A DNA stretch of 64,000 nt from Raja brachyura (lineage: Eukaryota), in the NCBI GenBank assembly GCA_963514005.1, contig OY740786.1, positions 68,262,001 to 68,326,000 of the forward strand. Direction: 5' to 3'. Shown one piece after another: positions 60,621-64,000 of this stretch. The notes beneath the pieces are model-generated. The model was not told the origin of the DNA, did no database searches, and was given only the letters and a program-made list of their open reading frames with translations. The translations under genes were made by a program, and so were the position numbers. Positions within the stretch are counted from its first letter, which is position 1, and every line of letters begins with the position of its first letter.

Positions 60621-63541
60621 CATGCATTTCTCTTTGAAAGCTACCTTTATTTGGTGCACACCACACAAAATACTGTCCTCCTGGAGCAAGTAATACCTTG
60701 ATTAGCCTTGGCCACACATTGCTAATCATGTTGATTAGCAGGCAATGCAACACTCAGACCCTAACACCATTAGAAATAACAGGTGCAAATCAATTTCACG
60801 TTGATATCAGGGGGCATATTTTTGGGGACTATTGCATTTAAAAGTTGTGTTTGTCAATCTTAGTTTTAAGATTTCAGACCAGTTATATGAAGGATAAAAC
60901 TCACACATGATCCTTAACCTTTGGAAAACTTAAAACTCTTTTAAAATTATGTTTTAATAGTTAGTAATTTTTATTATGTACATTATTGAAAAATGTATCT
61001 GAATTAATATATATTTTAATTTTCTGTTCCATTTTCTGCTTTGACTATTTAGTGATACAGACTCTTTATTAAAGTTAAAAGCACCATGTATATATTTGAA
61101 CAACAATTATGCAGAGAACTACCAATCCTATGGACCCATCCCACTGAGTGACATGTCTTACTTGTGACATCATTGCTTTTATTGCCAGAAAGTTGGTGCT
61201 CTCCTTTCTCCTAGACTACTTAGATCCCACACGGAGATTCTCTGCCCAGACAGCACTTGAAGACACACAGCGAGAGAACCTGTGGCCAGGAGAGGCATTA
61301 ATATCTGCAAAATTTAGATAATTTGTTCAAAAAGGTAAAGAATGAAGTGCATGTTTGTGAAGTAATATGTCAAATGGCAGGAAATTTCTTTACAGGCTTT
61401 TCAAATGTGTGCATTTGTTTTTGAATTATTTAAACGTAGCAAATGTACAATAATTATTAGACAGCTGTTTCATTTATTGGAATAAATATAATCACCATGT
61501 ATCAGACAAAGATTCAAATATTATTTTGTTTGGGATTTCTGAGCTTCCTACCATTAGCTTTCGGATATTATCTTTCAAGAACTAAAGTTAGGAGTCAAAC
61601 TTCTAAATTCACTCATTATATCAATACGTAACGTGACATTATTTTTTGTCAACATCTTGCAATTCTGGATGTGTGGTTCTTTGCCATTTACTATTTATTA
61701 ATAACAGTGAATATTATCCATAACATTACAGATTCATTTTATATCCTCGCCATAGCTGGTGTATTTTTATGTATTTCCTTTGAACCAAATGTTTTTGTCA
61801 TTTTAAATAATGTTGGATTAATTTGTTTTAAAAAATTCACCAATATCATGGAGAGAATTAGATTTTGCCAATTCAAAAATCAGACAATTTTAGTCCTTAA
61901 ATATCTAAGAACATTTAATATTCAAAGATCGAACTTTGTTCCAAAATAATTAAGGCTTTTCCACAGAAAAAAAATATATACAGGTTTTCCGTGCTTCGAT
62001 GCTTTAAAAACATTTAATGCTTTAAATATGTGGCTTAATGGAACAAATATTTCATGTCACTTGCATTCAAATACCCCATCTGAATAAAAGTGTGCTTGAA
62101 GCATTAAATATACTTACTTTCTTGAGTTGACAGTAATCCTAGCCATAAATAGTAAATATGTCTGCGTAATCTCAAATAGAAAATAAATCATTATTAATAT
62201 CTTACTATTTGTTATAGCTCCTTTTCTTATTTTAATTTGCAAACGGATACTAGGATTTTGAATGACCAAAATAAGCTCTGAAGTAATAAAGCTGATGAGT
62301 TAGATTATATCAATTAGTGTTAGCATCAAGCCTATTTTTAGACCATGGATTTAAAGTTGGTCTGATATCCATCTCTCCAAAACATTTGCTGTCGGCAATG
62401 GTGTTCGTAACAAGCTTAAATCTAGCTTCTTTGTAAACTGATAGTCAACCACTTTAAAGTTACAGAGCACAGTCCAAAAATACAGTATAGAGACTAAACT
62501 ATCAAAATTGATTGTAATCATGTATATTGTGCGTGGCTATGTAAGAAAATACTCCAGTGCAACAGTTATGCAGTTAGTTTGTCACTATTAAGAATTAAGT
62601 TTCAGGGCTGTAAATATAACTGAAGAAACAGTTTGACCCCAGGCTTCTGTACTGTCAGTTGATGACCGTTACTAAAATATCGCTGTTAGGTTACAAATAT
62701 AATAAATATAGCACACTTCAGTTCTTTCAATTTCCAGGTAACTAACTGCAGTAAAGATACAATATTTTATTTTTTGGCATATGTTTGAGCTTACCAGGGA
62801 GTACACAGGGTTCCTTACACTCAGTTTATTTGGAAATTTGATGAGCAGTGCCAGGTTTTACATAAAGCAATTCAGAAGCAGAGCTAACTTCTATGTTACA
62901 TGTAGTTAATAGCATTCTAGCAATATGCCTCGGATCCAACGTCTGAAGATCAACCAAAGCTTTAACTATTTTTTTTTTCCTTTTCAACACTACTGATCCT
63001 GAGAACTGCTGATTAAGAATTTAAATTTGACGGCCAACTATGAGCAATTTTACGCTGTGGCTGCACTTAATCTGTGGATGTTATCCAAGGTCACTTCAGA
63101 CAGGATTCCTGGAACCAACTGAGAAATGTGAGAGTGCCACTTCATTGGCTTGGGTGAATCAGGTCCCACAAATGAAAAAGAAACGTGCTTGCTTACACAT
63201 TATGCTTTACAGTCAACTACAATTAACATTTTCAACATTAGAACACATTCTATTACGTAGGACAGGTCAGGAGATATGTTTTCAATGGCATTTTGCTTCT
63301 TTTTAACATGGCAACTGTTGAAACCTAACTTTCGCAATTTAATAATTAATGTTTCTACTAGAATGCTCTAGAGATAACAAACGAGAAAGATCTGTGCAAT
63401 CTTTATTTCAGAAAACCTAACGGTATAAGGCGTGTGGCGGAGTAAAGTTCAGCTGCTGTTGTTCTGAAGTGTTGGCTCATCGGAAGTGATCTGTTACCGT
63501 GGAACTGGTTGTGTCATCCTGCTCCCTTAGCCGCTGCAGCC

Positions 63542-63637
63542 ATGGATAAATCCACACAAGAGCTCTTCTTGAACTTTATGGTGGTTTTGATGACCGTGCT
63601 ACTTATGTGGCTACTTGTTAAGTCCTATCAGGAGTGA
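63542..63637 (+). CDS. SLN: Sarcolipin, SERCA-regulating micropeptide (31 aa)
   Basis: [31 protein letters not shown]: canonical length, STQELFxNF start, hydrophobic TM segment ending MWLLV and (R/K)SYQ tail. Strong Kozak GCAGCCATGG; upstream acceptor-like TCTTTATTTCAG ending at 63411. Confidence 0.97.
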   Translation: MDKSTQELFLNFMVVLMTVLLMWLLVKSYQE

Positions 63638-63669
63638 GGCACTGTCTTCAATGTAAAACCAGCTTTTAC

Positions 63670-63675
63670 AATAAA
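63670..63675 (+). promoter_or_regulatory. Candidate proximal polyadenylation signal of SLN
   Basis: AATAAA 33 nt after the stop, followed by GT-rich TTGTGGGAGTTTGTC; could be incidental. Confidence 0.35.
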
Positions 63676-64000
63676 TTGTGGGAGTTTGTCATGGCTCTGC
63701 TCCTCTTTTACCATCCAGTGGCTGCCGTCAGATAATTTAACCTGGGCAATCACTTGCTTGAATTCTGGTTTATTTTCCACATTTCATCTTTTGCCTGATG
63801 CTCTATTTTTACCCCCTGAAATGTATCTGAAAGGGCATGTGTCACCCCTTCATGATTTAGGAGCACAATTGTGAAGTATGAAATTCCCAGTCATGAACAA
63901 AGTCCCTCCACAGTATCAGCTTTGTAGCTCTATGCACAACTACAATGGTTGTGTATCATGGGCGACAATTTAATATATTCTCACCATTTGTGAATCTGCA

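Noticed and set aside
62560-62745. Muscle promoter (MEF2/TATA-like AT-rich motifs) and first-exon donor for SLN
   Set aside because: Motifs deviate from consensus in a very AT-rich background; not supportable without transcript data.

Overview
Eukaryotic, repeat-dense vertebrate DNA. The repeat complement (HE1-like V-SINEs, CR1 and Rex1 LINEs, Penelope-derived repeats) points to a cartilaginous fish, probably a skate or ray (inference). Two host genes are visible. (1) A 31-codon sarcolipin (SLN) micropeptide ORF at 63542-63637 (+), missed by the ORF track. (2) A minus-strand spliced gene whose phase-compatible exons (46409-46315, 41822-41735, 39499-33903, 31757-31646, 30896-30863, possibly 30707-30670) encode a roughly 2,000-aa coiled-coil protein with one giant 5.6-kb exon. 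Its two small upstream exons resemble, from memory, the conserved CEP85/CEP85L block. This suggests a divergent CEP85-family paralog antisense to SLN, mirroring the known PLN-in-CEP85L arrangement; it needs a homology search to confirm. The rest is mobile DNA: a full-length DIRS element with ITR/ICR and methyltransferase-like domain, a non-autonomous Helitron, a Gypsy element whose gag-pol core is replaced by a tandem array, an IR/DR Tc1 transposon, a Harbinger-type MITE, an unexplained long hairpin, nested LINEs/SINEs, and about a dozen Penelope-derived repeats carrying minimal hammerhead-ribozyme cores. All calls are by eye; no searches were run.
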